Below, in pieces: positions 18,361 to 28,823 of a DNA stretch of 64,000 bases. Origin of the DNA: an uncultured delta proteobacterium. GTDB lineage: Bacteria > Myxococcota > Kuafuiibacteriia > Kuafuiibacteriales > Kuafuiibacteriaceae. Below the pieces are notes generated by a model, which searched no databases, was not told the origin of the DNA, and worked only from the letters and a program-made list of their open reading frames with translations. The stretch lies in assembly GCA_963803435.1 (NCBI GenBank), contig CAWDML010000004.1, forward strand, positions 32,001-96,000, given 5' to 3'. A program made the position numbers and the translations under genes. Every line of letters starts with the position of its first letter. The stretch's first letter is position 1.

Positions 18361-20564
18361 ACCGTCTGGGGCGGGTCGCCCTCGAGCAGCACAACCTCGG
18401 CGGCCGACCGGACCTCGACCCGGGAGCCCGCCAGCTCGGCGGTCCGCTGTGAGATCAGGATCTGGGTGCCGAGGTTCTCGTTCTCGCGCTCGATCCGGGC
18501 GGCGATGCGCATCTCGTCGCCGACAGCGGTGTAGTCTACGCGCTGGTCGCTCCCGAAGTTGCCGATGAACATCTCCGCGGTGCTGACGCCGACGCGCGTC
18601 TGGTGCTCGGCCAGCTCGGGGAGGTCGGACTCGAGAGCGTGCGCTCGGGCGATGATCGCCTGGGCCGCCTCGCAGGCGCGGAGCGGGTGGTCGGGGTGAT
18701 TCAGCGGCGCGCCGAACAGGCAGATGATGGAGTCGCCGATGTACTTGTTCACGTAGCCGCCGTGCTCGAGCACGACGTCGGTGAGCGCGGTGTAATAGCG
18801 GTTGAGCAGCCGTTGCAGGCCGGCCGGGTCGTGGGCGTACCGCTCGGTCAGCGCCGAGAAGTCGTTGATGTCGGTGACCAGTGCGGTGACCTCGCGGTTC
18901 TCGCCGGCCAGCCGGGGGATCGAACGCTCCTCGACGAGCTGCTCGAGCAGGATCGACGCGACCGAGCCGCTGAAGGCCTCGCGGAGCCGGTCGCGATCCT
19001 GCGCGGCGAAGAAGTGGTTGAAGAGGGCGCCCACCGCGGAGGTGAACGACGCCGCATAGGACGGCAGCGCCGAGAGGACGTGGATCTTGAACCCCACCAG
19101 CAGCCAGCCGGTCACCAGGAAGAAGCCGAAAAAGAGGAGCAGGGGCCAGGCGACGTCGAGGACGCTGCTGCGAAAGACGACGATGATCATCATCGAGAAG
19201 GCGGCCACCAGGAACGTGATCATCACCGAGCTCCAGAAAGGAGCCTCGGTGATGAACCTGTGATCGAGAAGATTCTGGATCTCGGAGGCCTGCTTCACTA
19301 CGCCGGGCGTCGAGGCGGAGAACGGCGTGCCCTTGACGTCCGCAGTGCCGAGCGCGAATCCGCCGATCACCACCACCTTGTCCTTGAAGTATCCGGGCGC
19401 CAGCTTGCGCTTCAGATCCTTGATCTTGTCCGGGTCGCTCTTCGCGAGCGAGTCGTACGTCCAGTCGTCGAGCACGTGGATCAGGCTGAGCGTTTGAAAG
19501 CGCTGATCGAGGTCGCCGCCGTAGTCGATCTCGGCGCTCCCGTCGGCGTTGATGGGGATGACGACGTCGCCGATCTGCAGCCGCTTGGGCGCGATCTTCA
19601 CCTCGTCCGCCTCGAAGAGATCGGCGGCCACTGCGGTGGGCAGCGTGACGTAGGTGTTGATGCCGTCGGTGTACGCGAAGCGCGTGCGGCGGAGCTTGCC
19701 GTCGCTGTCCTCCTCCATGACCACCAGACCGAACCCGGCCGTGCTGGGGATCAGGGGCGCGATCGGCGGCTGCGGATAACGCATGACGCCGTCGGCGTCC
19801 GCCAGCGTGGGAAGCGACAGGCCAGTCACGCCCACCGGGAAGGCGAGCGCGCCCGCGATCTCCTCGGGCGTTGCCTTGGGATAGCCGTCGTCCGCCGGGC
19901 GCTCGCCCTCCGCAGGGCCCTCCGGGAACTCGTCGTTCGGAAACTCCTCACCGCCCTCGTCGGGGAACTCTTCATCGCCTTGGTTCTCGTCGGGCGGCGG
20001 CTGCTCTTCGACCTTTACGGGCCTGGTCGGTCCCCGGCGGTTCTTCGGCGCGATCTTCGGCGGGGCCTGGGTCGATCGCGACTGGCTGATGTTGAAGCCC
20101 ACGTAGAACGGGACCTTGGCCTCCTTGACGGCCTCGCCGATCGCGAGGTCACCGGTCGGATCCGGGTGGCGCTCGTCCATCACCGCGTCGAAGACCACCG
20201 CGCGCGCACCGTCGCTCCCGAGGTGTTCGATCACGCGGGCCCAGACGTTGCGGGAGTACGGCCAGCTCCCGTAGTTGAGGGCGTAGCCCGGGTTCTTGGC
20301 GACCGCCTGCAGCGTCAGGTCGTCGATGGCGAGGATGATGATGTCCTTCGACTTCTCGACCTGCCCAATCGGTCCGGTCATCGCGGTGAGGCCGTCGTCG
20401 TAGGCGTCGAGCTCGGCGTCGCGGATCCCGAAGAGGTCGAGCTCGTAGCAGACGGCGGCGGCGACCGTCGCCCCCAAGGACACGGCCAGCACCAGCTTCC
20501 AGGTGCGGAGCAAGCGGAGCCACCAGAGCCTGAGGAGCTGCTTCACCGCCTCGCGACTTATCAC
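18336..20564 (-). CDS. CHASE2-domain class III adenylate/guanylate cyclase
   Basis: CHASE2 motifs IIILAIDD, WPYSR, DSDGKLRR and FKDKVVVIG; three TM helices; cyclase motifs TDINDFS, KYIGD and FGAP. Confidence 0.88.
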   Translation of the reverse strand: MISREAVKQLLRLWWLRLLRTWKLVLAVSLGATVAAAVCYELDLFGIRDAELDAYDDGLTAMTGPIGQVEKSKDIIILAIDDLTLQAVAKNPGYALNYGSWPYSRNVWARVIEHLGSDGARAVVFDAVMDERHPDPTGDLAIGEAVKEAKVPFYVGFNISQSRSTQAPPKIAPKNRRGPTRPVKVEEQPPPDENQGDEEFPDEGGEEFPNDEFPEGPAEGERPADDGYPKATPEEIAGALAFPVGVTGLSLPTLADADGVMRYPQPPIAPLIPSTAGFGLVVMEEDSDGKLRRTRFAYTDGINTYVTLPTAVAADLFEADEVKIAPKRLQIGDVVIPINADGSAEIDYGGDLDQRFQTLSLIHVLDDWTYDSLAKSDPDKIKDLKRKLAPGYFKDKVVVIGGFALGTADVKGTPFSASTPGVVKQASEIQNLLDHRFITEAPFWSSVMITFLVAAFSMMIIVVFRSSVLDVAWPLLLFFGFFLVTGWLLVGFKIHVLSALPSYAASFTSAVGALFNHFFAAQDRDRLREAFSGSVASILLEQLVEERSIPRLAGENREVTALVTDINDFSALTERYAHDPAGLQRLLNRYYTALTDVVLEHGGYVNKYIGDSIICLFGAPLNHPDHPLRACEAAQAIIARAHALESDLPELAEHQTRVGVSTAEMFIGNFGSDQRVDYTAVGDEMRIAARIERENENLGTQILISQRTAELAGSRVEVRSAAEVVLLEGDPPQTVYELVDVR

Positions 20565-20604
20565 GGGATCGCGCGGAGCCGGAAGCTTCCCCGTGGCTCA
20601 GGCG

Positions 20605-21972
20605 TCAGAGGAGGTTGCAGATGCTCTCGCCGAACTCGCTGCCGGTAAGGCAGTTGACCCGCTGGGTGGCGGACCGGAGCGCGGCCACGTCGTTCTGGTC
20701 GAGCGGCGTCCCATTCTGGATCTTCTGCAGGATGGCTTGCACCTGAGACTTGTCTTCCTCGAGCGCAGTCCGTCCCGCGCTCGACACGCCCAACAGCTCC
20801 ACCATTCCGCCCGGGGCCAGAGCGGCGTCGAGCACCGGCGCGATCGTCATCGCATCCCGGGCGTACTGCTGACCGTTGGCCACGAAGGTAGGCGTGGTGG
20901 CGGCGTTGGCCAGCTCGCGCGTGATCGAGAGCAGGTATTCGGCCTCTCGCGCCATCTTGGGGACGTTGACCGACGCCACCACGTCCTGGGCCGTGTGGTA
21001 GCGCTTGTTTTGCCCGTTGGTGAAGAACAGGGTGGGCACGCTGCGGACGCGGAACGGGTAGTAGTCGCTGAGCGGGCGCACGCCGAACGGGGTCTGCTCG
21101 AACAGGTGATAGCCGCCGAACCCTACCGGCAGCGACGCGGGTACCGTCGCCGAGGTCAGCGCTGCGTCCAGCTCGGGGCTCAGCTCCGCGCCGAAGACGA
21201 AGTGCTGCTCGAAGCCTGGCCACAGATCGCCGCCCACCAGATCCATCACCAGCACCGCGTCGATGTCGGCCAGCGGGATCACCGGATGGTCCACGTAGAA
21301 CTGCGAACCCATGTCGTCGTTGAGGAACGTCGGAGGCTCCTCGGCGTCCCAGAGCGCGATGACCACGCTCCGGGCCGGCGGGCTCGCTGCCAGCTCGCAC
21401 CCGACGCCCAGGGCGATGGCGACGCCGGCCGCGTTGTCGTCGGCGCCCAGGCAAACGCCGCCGCCGCACGGTCCCAGGTGATCGTAGTGCGCGCTCACGA
21501 ACACGTTCCGCGCCCGCAGGCTCGGGTCCGTCCCTTCGATCCAACCCAGCACGTTCGCGCCGGCGCCGGTGGTGATCGGCTGTTCGTAATCGCCGCTGGG
21601 CAAGGCGCCCGGGATGCCGCAACGTCCGAGCTCCTGGATGATCCAGGCCCGCGCCGCCAGGCCGCCGGGCGAGCCCTCGTCGCGTCCCATCCACGCCTCC
21701 GACGCCAGCGTCGAGACCTTGCGCATCAGATCGGCCTCGCCGATGGGCGCGTCCGGAGGCGCGCCGCCGTCGGGCCGGACGGCCGCGTCCTCCCCTGCGA
21801 CGGCGGCGTCCTGATCGGTTTCGCCGGCGTCGGGCTCCGGCTCGGCGCCGTCCTCGACGCTCAATCCTGCGTCGGAGTTGGCCGGCCGGGCGTCGCTCGG
21901 AGATCCCGTTCGATCGGCCTGGCATCCGGCCAACATCAGGGCGGCGGTGGTGAGGACGAGCTTTCCGCGCAT
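20605..21972 (-). CDS. M28-family metallopeptidase lipoprotein
   Basis: Lipobox LAGC; motifs SAHYDHLG, GADDNAAG, DAEE, SDY and RYHT. Confidence 0.9.
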   Translation of the reverse strand: MRGKLVLTTAALMLAGCQADRTGSPSDARPANSDAGLSVEDGAEPEPDAGETDQDAAVAGEDAAVRPDGGAPPDAPIGEADLMRKVSTLASEAWMGRDEGSPGGLAARAWIIQELGRCGIPGALPSGDYEQPITTGAGANVLGWIEGTDPSLRARNVFVSAHYDHLGPCGGGVCLGADDNAAGVAIALGVGCELAASPPARSVVIALWDAEEPPTFLNDDMGSQFYVDHPVIPLADIDAVLVMDLVGGDLWPGFEQHFVFGAELSPELDAALTSATVPASLPVGFGGYHLFEQTPFGVRPLSDYYPFRVRSVPTLFFTNGQNKRYHTAQDVVASVNVPKMAREAEYLLSITRELANAATTPTFVANGQQYARDAMTIAPVLDAALAPGGMVELLGVSSAGRTALEEDKSQVQAILQKIQNGTPLDQNDVAALRSATQRVNCLTGSEFGESICNLL

Positions 21973-22072
21973 CGCGGGGACGCTCCCGAACATCCGGCAG
22001 GCCGTCAACGGGATCCTGCCCGATGCGACGTCGCGGATGGGGAGGATCATCACGCTGGGCGGCCGAGGCTGC

Positions 22073-22972
22073 TCAGCCGAGCGTGGCGACTGCGGAGGCA
22101 CGCTCCAGCGCTGCTCGATCCCACCCGGCGCGGGTGGCGCCGGTCTGGTAGGTCGCTTCCAGGAAGTCGAGCAAGGCGGCGGCCGGCGAGGCGGCGCTCC
22201 GCACCGAGTCGTAGGGCAGGACGAACTCCGAGAGCTGGCGATGGTAGAGGCGGCTCGTCTGAGGATCCTCGTCAAGGCCGGGCGGTTCTGGAGCCGTGTA
22301 CGAGTAGAACGCCGGCATGCCGAGCCCTGCGCCCGGCCAGAAGCCGGCGCTGATGCACTCGTGCGAGTAGGCTTCGCTGGTGATGGCGCCGCCGCGGCGA
22401 GGCGCGCGCCGTCCGGAGAACCGGGTGCAGGCGAGATCGAAGCTTCCCCAGAAGAAGTGGACCGGGCTGCACTTGCCGAGGAACCGGCCCCTGAACTGCT
22501 GGAAGACCGGCTCGATCGAGAGCAACACGCGCCAGAAGCGCTGGGCGAGCTCGCGATCGTAGGATCGGTGCTGGTCGTCCTGCTCGAAGGGGATCGGGTT
22601 CGGTATCTCCTGCGGCTTCGTGTTGATGGTGACGTGAATGCCGAGGAACGCGAGCGTCGACATCATGCGCTGGTAGAAGTCGGCGACCGCCTGCGGCTCG
22701 AGCGGGATCGACGCCGTTCGTCCCGAGCTGGTCATCACGTCGAGGCGGTGATCGAGGAAGTCGAACTGGATCTCGAAGGCGCCGGATCGGTACGGGATCG
22801 CCGAGGTCGTGAGGCCGCGCTCGTTCACGTAGAGCGCGGTGTGCCACCAGTGGTTGACGCGCGGGGCGAGCATCAACCGGACCTTTCCGGCGATCTGCGT
22901 CCACATGTGGAGCGTCTCGGATGTGTCTCGCCAGGCCTCGAACGGGAGCGCGGGCCAAGATGCATCGGTCAT
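22073..22972 (-). CDS. DUF5996-family protein
   Basis: TLHMWTQI.GKVRL, NHWWH, SPVHFFWGSFDLA.TRFSGR, EAYSHE and FYSY..PEP. Confidence 0.85.
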   Translation of the reverse strand: MTDASWPALPFEAWRDTSETLHMWTQIAGKVRLMLAPRVNHWWHTALYVNERGLTTSAIPYRSGAFEIQFDFLDHRLDVMTSSGRTASIPLEPQAVADFYQRMMSTLAFLGIHVTINTKPQEIPNPIPFEQDDQHRSYDRELAQRFWRVLLSIEPVFQQFRGRFLGKCSPVHFFWGSFDLACTRFSGRRAPRRGGAITSEAYSHECISAGFWPGAGLGMPAFYSYTAPEPPGLDEDPQTSRLYHRQLSEFVLPYDSVRSAASPAAALLDFLEATYQTGATRAGWDRAALERASAVATLG

Positions 22973-23105
22973 GCGTCCATCTTAGAGAGCCCGGGCGCTT
23001 GCGGCCGTGCAATCGGGTCGCGGCAGGCCTGCGCGGTGTGGACCGCCGTTCTCGGAACGACGCCGGACATCGCGCACGTGCCTCAGCTTCTAGAGTCCCG
23101 CACCG

Positions 23106-24629
23106 ATGAGAAGTCCGCTCTGGCTCTCGGGTGCGTTGATCCTGGCGTCCTGCGGCGGCTCGGAGGTACCGATTGAGCAGCCCTCGCGCAGCCTCGTCGC
23201 GCGCGTGGTCGACGTCACGGACGGCACGCCGATCGCCGGCGTCCGCGTCGACGTGGAGGGCACGACCGAGAGCACGCGCACGGACGGCGACGGCCTGTTC
23301 ACGGTGGAGCTGACCGACGCCGAGCAGCTGGGCCTCCATGCGGACGGCTACCTGGAGGAGAGCGTGCATGCGCCCTCGTTCACGGACGGCGCGGTGACGG
23401 CCGTGTTTTCGCTCTATCCGGCCCGCTCGCCCACCGAGGAGGAGCTGCTCCGGCTCGCGCCCCTCGGGACCGGCGCCGATGCGCCCGACCAGGGCTCGCT
23501 CGCGCTCGACGCGCTGGGGGCGCCGGGGGCGCTGACGCCGTCGGGAGGTCTGACGCTGCCGGCCACCCTCCGGGTCGGCCGAACGTTCGTGAGCGGCGGC
23601 GGTTGCCCACCGGTCCAGGCGGTCGAGGAGATCAGCCTGGAGAGCTACGTCAAGGGCGTCGTCACCGCCGAGATCGGCGTCTTCCGCTGGACCACCGGCG
23701 GCGGGGATACGGCCGCCATGGAGGCGTACAAGACCCTGGCGGTGGCGGCGCGCTCCTACGCGCTCTACTTCTATCTCCTGAACCCGGCCGGAAACTTCAC
23801 GGCCACCATCGGCGGCCACACCGTCCGGTACCACATCAACGACACCGCCTGTCACCAGCGCTACGACGACGCGCGCCATGCGCCGATCGGCGCGGCGGTC
23901 CAGGCCACCGAGGGCGAGATCCTCGCCAACGCCGGCGGGGCGAGCATCGACAAGTACGAGTACGCCGCCAGCTGCGGCCGCCACGGCACCCAACCGGAGC
24001 ATCGCACCACGCTGGTGGCCGATCTGCCGGGCGTGCGCGCGTGCGTGGGGAGCTGGTGCGGGCACGACACCTGCGCCGGCCATCAGGGCTGCCTGGTGCG
24101 CGGCATCTGCCAGTGGGGCTCGCTCGAGCGGTCGAAGAAGGGCGACGGCTACCGCCAGATCCTCGCCCACTATCAGCCGGACCTCGTGCTCCTCGAGCCG
24201 GGCAACCCGAACCCGCCGCCCACGCCCACCGTCATCCGGGTCGACAACTCCGGCGCCCGCTTTCGCGCCTCGTCCGGCTGGGGCACCAGCAGCTATGCCG
24301 CCGGGCGCATCGGCGCCGACTATCGCTTTCGCTCGCCGCAGGCGGTCAGCGATCTCGCGGAGTACAAGTTCGACATCCAGACGGCCGGCCGCTACGAGGT
24401 GTTCGCGCGGGTCCCCGGCAACGGCTACAACGACGACGCGCCCTTCGTGATCCACCACCGCGGCGGACGCACCGTGGTGCGCCGCGATCTCTCCACGTCC
24501 GGCGCCCAGTGGGTGAGCCTCGGGACGTACGACTTCGACGCGAAGGACGACTGGATCGTGCAGGTCTCCTGCTGGACCACCGGCACCGGCTACGTCATCG
24601 CCGATGCGATCCGCCTGAACAAGCGCTGA
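23106..24629 (+). CDS. SpoIID/LytB-domain lipoprotein with an N-terminal carboxypeptidase-regulatory-like domain and a C-terminal golvesin-like domain
   Basis: Lipobox LASC; YVKGVVTAE, AVAARSYA, GICQWG and YRQILAHY; C-terminal VDN...GRYEVFA...WVSLGTY..VIADAIR. Confidence 0.85.
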   Translation: MRSPLWLSGALILASCGGSEVPIEQPSRSLVARVVDVTDGTPIAGVRVDVEGTTESTRTDGDGLFTVELTDAEQLGLHADGYLEESVHAPSFTDGAVTAVFSLYPARSPTEEELLRLAPLGTGADAPDQGSLALDALGAPGALTPSGGLTLPATLRVGRTFVSGGGCPPVQAVEEISLESYVKGVVTAEIGVFRWTTGGGDTAAMEAYKTLAVAARSYALYFYLLNPAGNFTATIGGHTVRYHINDTACHQRYDDARHAPIGAAVQATEGEILANAGGASIDKYEYAASCGRHGTQPEHRTTLVADLPGVRACVGSWCGHDTCAGHQGCLVRGICQWGSLERSKKGDGYRQILAHYQPDLVLLEPGNPNPPPTPTVIRVDNSGARFRASSGWGTSSYAAGRIGADYRFRSPQAVSDLAEYKFDIQTAGRYEVFARVPGNGYNDDAPFVIHHRGGRTVVRRDLSTSGAQWVSLGTYDFDAKDDWIVQVSCWTTGTGYVIADAIRLNKR

Positions 24630-24641
24630 TCCCGCCCCGCC

Positions 24642-26018
24642 TCAGACCGGATCGATCGAGCGGTCCCGCGCGATGTGATACCGCTCGAGGATACGCGGCG
24701 TCGCCGCGCGGACCTCCGCCGGGTCGAACATGATGATCCCCTGCGAGGAGGTCTCGATCTCCACGCGGTCGGTCGATCCCTCCACGACCGCGACGAAGTC
24801 GGCCATGTCCCGAGGCATGCGCCCGTTCACCGCGATGACGCCCTCGTTGTAGAGGTGGGCGTAGCCGAGATTGATCTCGTCGGCCAGGATCTGGGTCAGC
24901 GTGACGACCTCCCGCCGATCCGCGCTGCGCTCGCCCATGTAGTAGTGGCAGAGGAACTCCTTCGGCGCCTTGTTCCACCACTCGTCCCAGGTCGCCAGGA
25001 AGTCGCGCGTCAGCGTCTGGAACACCAGCCCGGCGTAGACGAAGTACTTGGGGAGCTTGTCGTGCGAGAAGCGCGGCACCAGGAAGTCGAGCGGCTTGAG
25101 ACCGACGCGGACCTTCCTGCGCTCACCGTCGCGCTGGATGGTGAGCTCCAGGAGGTCGCCGACGTAGTGATCCGAGAGCAGCACGTCGTAGCGGGTGCGA
25201 AAGCGCTTGCGGTAGCGGATGGTCCCGTTGTTCGCGATCGGGTGGCCGTCCACCTCGAGCAGCACGTCGCGGGGCTCGAGCAGCCCGTAGCAGGACCCCT
25301 CGAAGTCGACCTTCGAGACCAGCACGCCGCTGTCGCGGTTGGTGAGGCCGACCTGCTCGCGGAGCTTGCGGTTCTCCAGGTTCTGGGTGCGCAGCCCCAG
25401 CCCGGGCACACGCTCGTGACGTCCGATCCGCACGCCCTCGAGGAAGTGGCGGATGATCGGCGCCGGGACGATCTCGCCGATGTTCTCCGCGTTCGAGAGC
25501 ACCTGGAACGCGATCCCGACCACCCGGCCCTGCATCAGCACCGGCCCGCCGCTGTTGCCTTCGTTGATGGCGGCGTCGACCGTCACCGCCAGGAGCGATC
25601 GCTGCGAGTGGGTATAGCGCTGCATCTCCACCCGGGAGACGACGCCCTCGGTAATCGAGATCTCCTCACCGCCGATGGGGAAGCCGACCACCGAGACCTT
25701 GTCCCGCAGATCGGGCAGCTCGCCGATCTCCACCGGATCGACGTCCTCGAGGAAGCGATCGTCGATCACCTCGAGCAGCGCGAGATCGGCGTCGTGGCAG
25801 ATCGCCTTGACCTGCGCGATCGCCTTGTCCGGATCCGAGATCTTCTGCACCTGGATGAAGGTGGCGTTCGCGACCACGTGCGCGCCGGTGAGGATCTCGT
25901 TCTTGCCCACGACGACGCCGGAGCCGGTGCCGTTCGTCGGCGATCTCGACTGCCAGGGTGAGTCGTAGTCCGGATCCTGCGTGGTGGCGAAGACCTTGAC
26001 GACCTCTCGATGCGACAT
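24642..26018 (-). CDS. HtrA/Deg serine protease with two PDZ domains (Deg2/Deg9-like), no signal peptide
   Basis: PDYDSPWQ, GSG, LTGAHVV, DLALLEV, SITEGVVSR, DAAINEGNSGGP and YFVYAGLVF. Confidence 0.9.
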   Translation of the reverse strand: MSHREVVKVFATTQDPDYDSPWQSRSPTNGTGSGVVVGKNEILTGAHVVANATFIQVQKISDPDKAIAQVKAICHDADLALLEVIDDRFLEDVDPVEIGELPDLRDKVSVVGFPIGGEEISITEGVVSRVEMQRYTHSQRSLLAVTVDAAINEGNSGGPVLMQGRVVGIAFQVLSNAENIGEIVPAPIIRHFLEGVRIGRHERVPGLGLRTQNLENRKLREQVGLTNRDSGVLVSKVDFEGSCYGLLEPRDVLLEVDGHPIANNGTIRYRKRFRTRYDVLLSDHYVGDLLELTIQRDGERRKVRVGLKPLDFLVPRFSHDKLPKYFVYAGLVFQTLTRDFLATWDEWWNKAPKEFLCHYYMGERSADRREVVTLTQILADEINLGYAHLYNEGVIAVNGRMPRDMADFVAVVEGSTDRVEIETSSQGIIMFDPAEVRAATPRILERYHIARDRSIDPV

Positions 26019-28759
26019 CACGGAAGAGCCTCGATCTCGAGTGTGAAGGTACCGCTGCCCGCGTAGGCATCGACGATGACGTAGTAGGTTCCGGCCGCGG
26101 GCTGCACCCACGTCACCTCGGGGAGAAGGATCTCTCCGAAGCGCACGTCGTCGTTGCAGACCTCCTCGAGCGAGGCCTCGCACTGGGCGTGACGGATGGC
26201 GAGGGCCGGATCGAAGCGCGCGTCGACGATGCGCGCGGTCAGGGACGATCGATCGAGCGGCAGGTCGATCCGGTAGACCACGTCCCGGTCCGACTCGCCG
26301 AGGCAGGACGGCGAGATCGTGTCGTTGGCGGCGCCGGTGGAGGCGACGATGGTGGCCCGGCCCTCGGCGTCGAGGACAATCGGGGCGGCGCCGGCGCAGG
26401 TGTCGTTGGCCGGCACCGGCACGCAGAGGTAGTCGTCGCAGCGCAGGTTGCCGGCGCAGTCGCGGTTCGACAGACACTGGGGATCGAGGACGGTCCGGAG
26501 GTCGTAGATGCCGCGATCGTCGGCGTCCAGACCGTCCACGTCGATGAAGTAGGTGGTGGGGTTCGCCGGCGACAGGGCGGCCTTGGCCACCGGATCCACG
26601 TACGAGATCGCCTGCGCGGTGGTGCAGGTGGCGGTCATCTGCCCGCAGTCGGTGGCGATCCACAAGAGCCCGCCGCGCGGTCCCGAGAGCTCGAACGCGG
26701 CACGCTGGCCGCCGTCGAGGCGCAGCCGGTAGAAGGCGTCGCGGCCCTGGGCGTCGTCGTCGAAGAGGCCGCAGCCGAAGCCGGTCGCCTCCACCGTGTT
26801 GGTGGCGCCGTAGGTCGAGACCTCGAGGTCGCCGCTGGCCGCGATCTCGATTGCGGCGGCACAGCTGTCGTTCGGCGGCAGCGTCACGGGCTCGACCTCG
26901 ACGTCGAGCGTGAAGCTCGAATCCTCCGAGGGGCCGTCGCTCGATACCAGGAGGTAGACCGGGCTGGCGTCGTCGAGCGGAAGCTCCACCTGAAGCGCGC
27001 GCCGGGGGAGCTCGGCCGAGTCGCAATAGCGCGTGATCGCGTCGTCGGTCGCGCAGCCCGAGACCACCGCGGCGGTGACCTCGGAGGCCGAGCCGGGCGC
27101 CGGCGTGATCAGCGCGCGCAGCAGGCTCGGCGCGCTCGCCGGCTTGATCCGGTAGAGGAGATCGTGCCGGCGGGTGGCCGCGTACAGATCGGGATCGCAG
27201 CGGGGCGCGCCCAGATCGACGGCGGCGGCCAGGTCGCCCTGGACGGTGGCCGAGCCTCCGACCAGCGGAAGGTCCGTGGCGTCGCGGCAAGCCCGGAAGA
27301 AGGTGCCGAGCCGTGCAGTGATGTCGAGCAGGTAGTCGACCCCGCCGGAGGGCGCCAGCACCGCGCTGGTACGGAGCGCGAGCCGTCCGCCGGAGGCCAG
27401 CCGGCCGGTGTCGAGCGACTCGCTGCTCGTGTCGGTGCTCCGCCCGGCCGCGAGGGTGGCGCTGCCTGCGTAGGCGAAGAGATCGAGGTTGGCGTGCGTG
27501 TCCGGGTCGTACGAGGCCCCGATCAGGATCTGGTCGTCCGGCGCCGAATCGATCGCGAGGAAGTCCTCGTCCTCTGGACAGGCCGTGGCCAGATAGGTGC
27601 GGTTGCCGTCGACCGGGAGGGCGCGGGACGCCTCGCGATCGCCGTACTGATCCAGCGCATCCCCGGGACAGAGCGGCGTGATCCGCTGGAGGTCGAGGTC
27701 GTAGTGCCCGGCCTGATCGAGGCTCTCGATCCGGAGCCGGAGCTTGCGGTCCAGAGTCGCGCCCGTCGTCAGATCTCTCCCGGGGGGCGTGACTTCGACG
27801 ACGGTGAGGCCGGGCAGCGTCAGCCAGCGCGCGTCGCTCACCACCTGACCCGCCTCGTCGAACAGATCCATGACCAGCGTCGCCGCGCTCCGCGTGGAGG
27901 TGAGCGCGATCCGAGCGCCCTCTCGGCCGGCGATGTCGAACGCCCACCAGGAGACGCCTCGATCGTCGCAGAGCCCGAGCTCCTGGTAGTAGGCCGCCTG
28001 CAGCCGGACCGCGTTCGCGATCGTGTCGCCGCCGTCCGTCCTGCAGCTCGATCGGCGGACGCATCGCTGGCTCATGCACTGATTGTCCGGGAAGCAGTGC
28101 TGATCCGTGCTGCAGGTTGGACGCTCTTCACAGGCCCCGTCCTGGCATGCGAGCTGGCGCGGACAATCCGCGTTGGTGGTGCAGGTGGTGCAAGCGCCGC
28201 GGGTCGCGTCGCAGAGACCGGCCGGCCCGCAGTCGGTGCCCTCGCGGCACGAGGCGACCAGCGCGATCGTCCTGGCCGCCGCCGCGGTCTCGCCCGGACC
28301 GCACTCGTCGGCGTCGAGGCAGGTCGACTCGAGGTTACCTGCGACCGCCACCGCGGCCGTCACGCAGTAGCCGGCCGCGGTGCAGATCTCGTTGGCGCCA
28401 CACTCGGCATCCGAGGCGCACACGGCGCGAAGGCGTGAGAGGCCGGTACACAACCCGGCGTCGATCGAGCTGGTGGCGACGAGCGGCCGGGCGCAGCGAT
28501 CGGGGAAGGCGCACTCGTCGGTGGAGGTGCAGTGCACCGGGCGCTTGCGGCATTGATCGGCGGCGCAGTACTCGCCGGCGGCGCACTCATCGTCGCGAGT
28601 GCACGCTGCGTTGCCGGCGTCCGTGCCCGCATCGCCTCGACCGGCGTCGAGGAACGGCTGAGCGTCGGGGAGCGACGCGTCCAGCGGCGGAAGATCCGGC
28701 GGCTCGACGGTACACGCGGAGACCAGCGCGATCGGAGCGAGCGCGAAGAACGCCTTCAT
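26018..28759 (-). CDS. Large Cys-rich lipoprotein with PPC-like beta-sandwich repeats
   Basis: Lipobox VSAC; many C..D.EC..G..C repeats; PPNDSC/PANDTC motifs; GTYYVIVDAY...GTFTLEI. Confidence 0.8.
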   Translation of the reverse strand: MKAFFALAPIALVSACTVEPPDLPPLDASLPDAQPFLDAGRGDAGTDAGNAACTRDDECAAGEYCAADQCRKRPVHCTSTDECAFPDRCARPLVATSSIDAGLCTGLSRLRAVCASDAECGANEICTAAGYCVTAAVAVAGNLESTCLDADECGPGETAAAARTIALVASCREGTDCGPAGLCDATRGACTTCTTNADCPRQLACQDGACEERPTCSTDQHCFPDNQCMSQRCVRRSSCRTDGGDTIANAVRLQAAYYQELGLCDDRGVSWWAFDIAGREGARIALTSTRSAATLVMDLFDEAGQVVSDARWLTLPGLTVVEVTPPGRDLTTGATLDRKLRLRIESLDQAGHYDLDLQRITPLCPGDALDQYGDREASRALPVDGNRTYLATACPEDEDFLAIDSAPDDQILIGASYDPDTHANLDLFAYAGSATLAAGRSTDTSSESLDTGRLASGGRLALRTSAVLAPSGGVDYLLDITARLGTFFRACRDATDLPLVGGSATVQGDLAAAVDLGAPRCDPDLYAATRRHDLLYRIKPASAPSLLRALITPAPGSASEVTAAVVSGCATDDAITRYCDSAELPRRALQVELPLDDASPVYLLVSSDGPSEDSSFTLDVEVEPVTLPPNDSCAAAIEIAASGDLEVSTYGATNTVEATGFGCGLFDDDAQGRDAFYRLRLDGGQRAAFELSGPRGGLLWIATDCGQMTATCTTAQAISYVDPVAKAALSPANPTTYFIDVDGLDADDRGIYDLRTVLDPQCLSNRDCAGNLRCDDYLCVPVPANDTCAGAAPIVLDAEGRATIVASTGAANDTISPSCLGESDRDVVYRIDLPLDRSSLTARIVDARFDPALAIRHAQCEASLEEVCNDDVRFGEILLPEVTWVQPAAGTYYVIVDAYAGSGTFTLEIEALP

Positions 28760-28823
28760 CGAGACCCGGCATGTCACAGAAAGACTCTTACCAACAAACC
28801 TCCTCTGAGCTACACCGTCCCGG

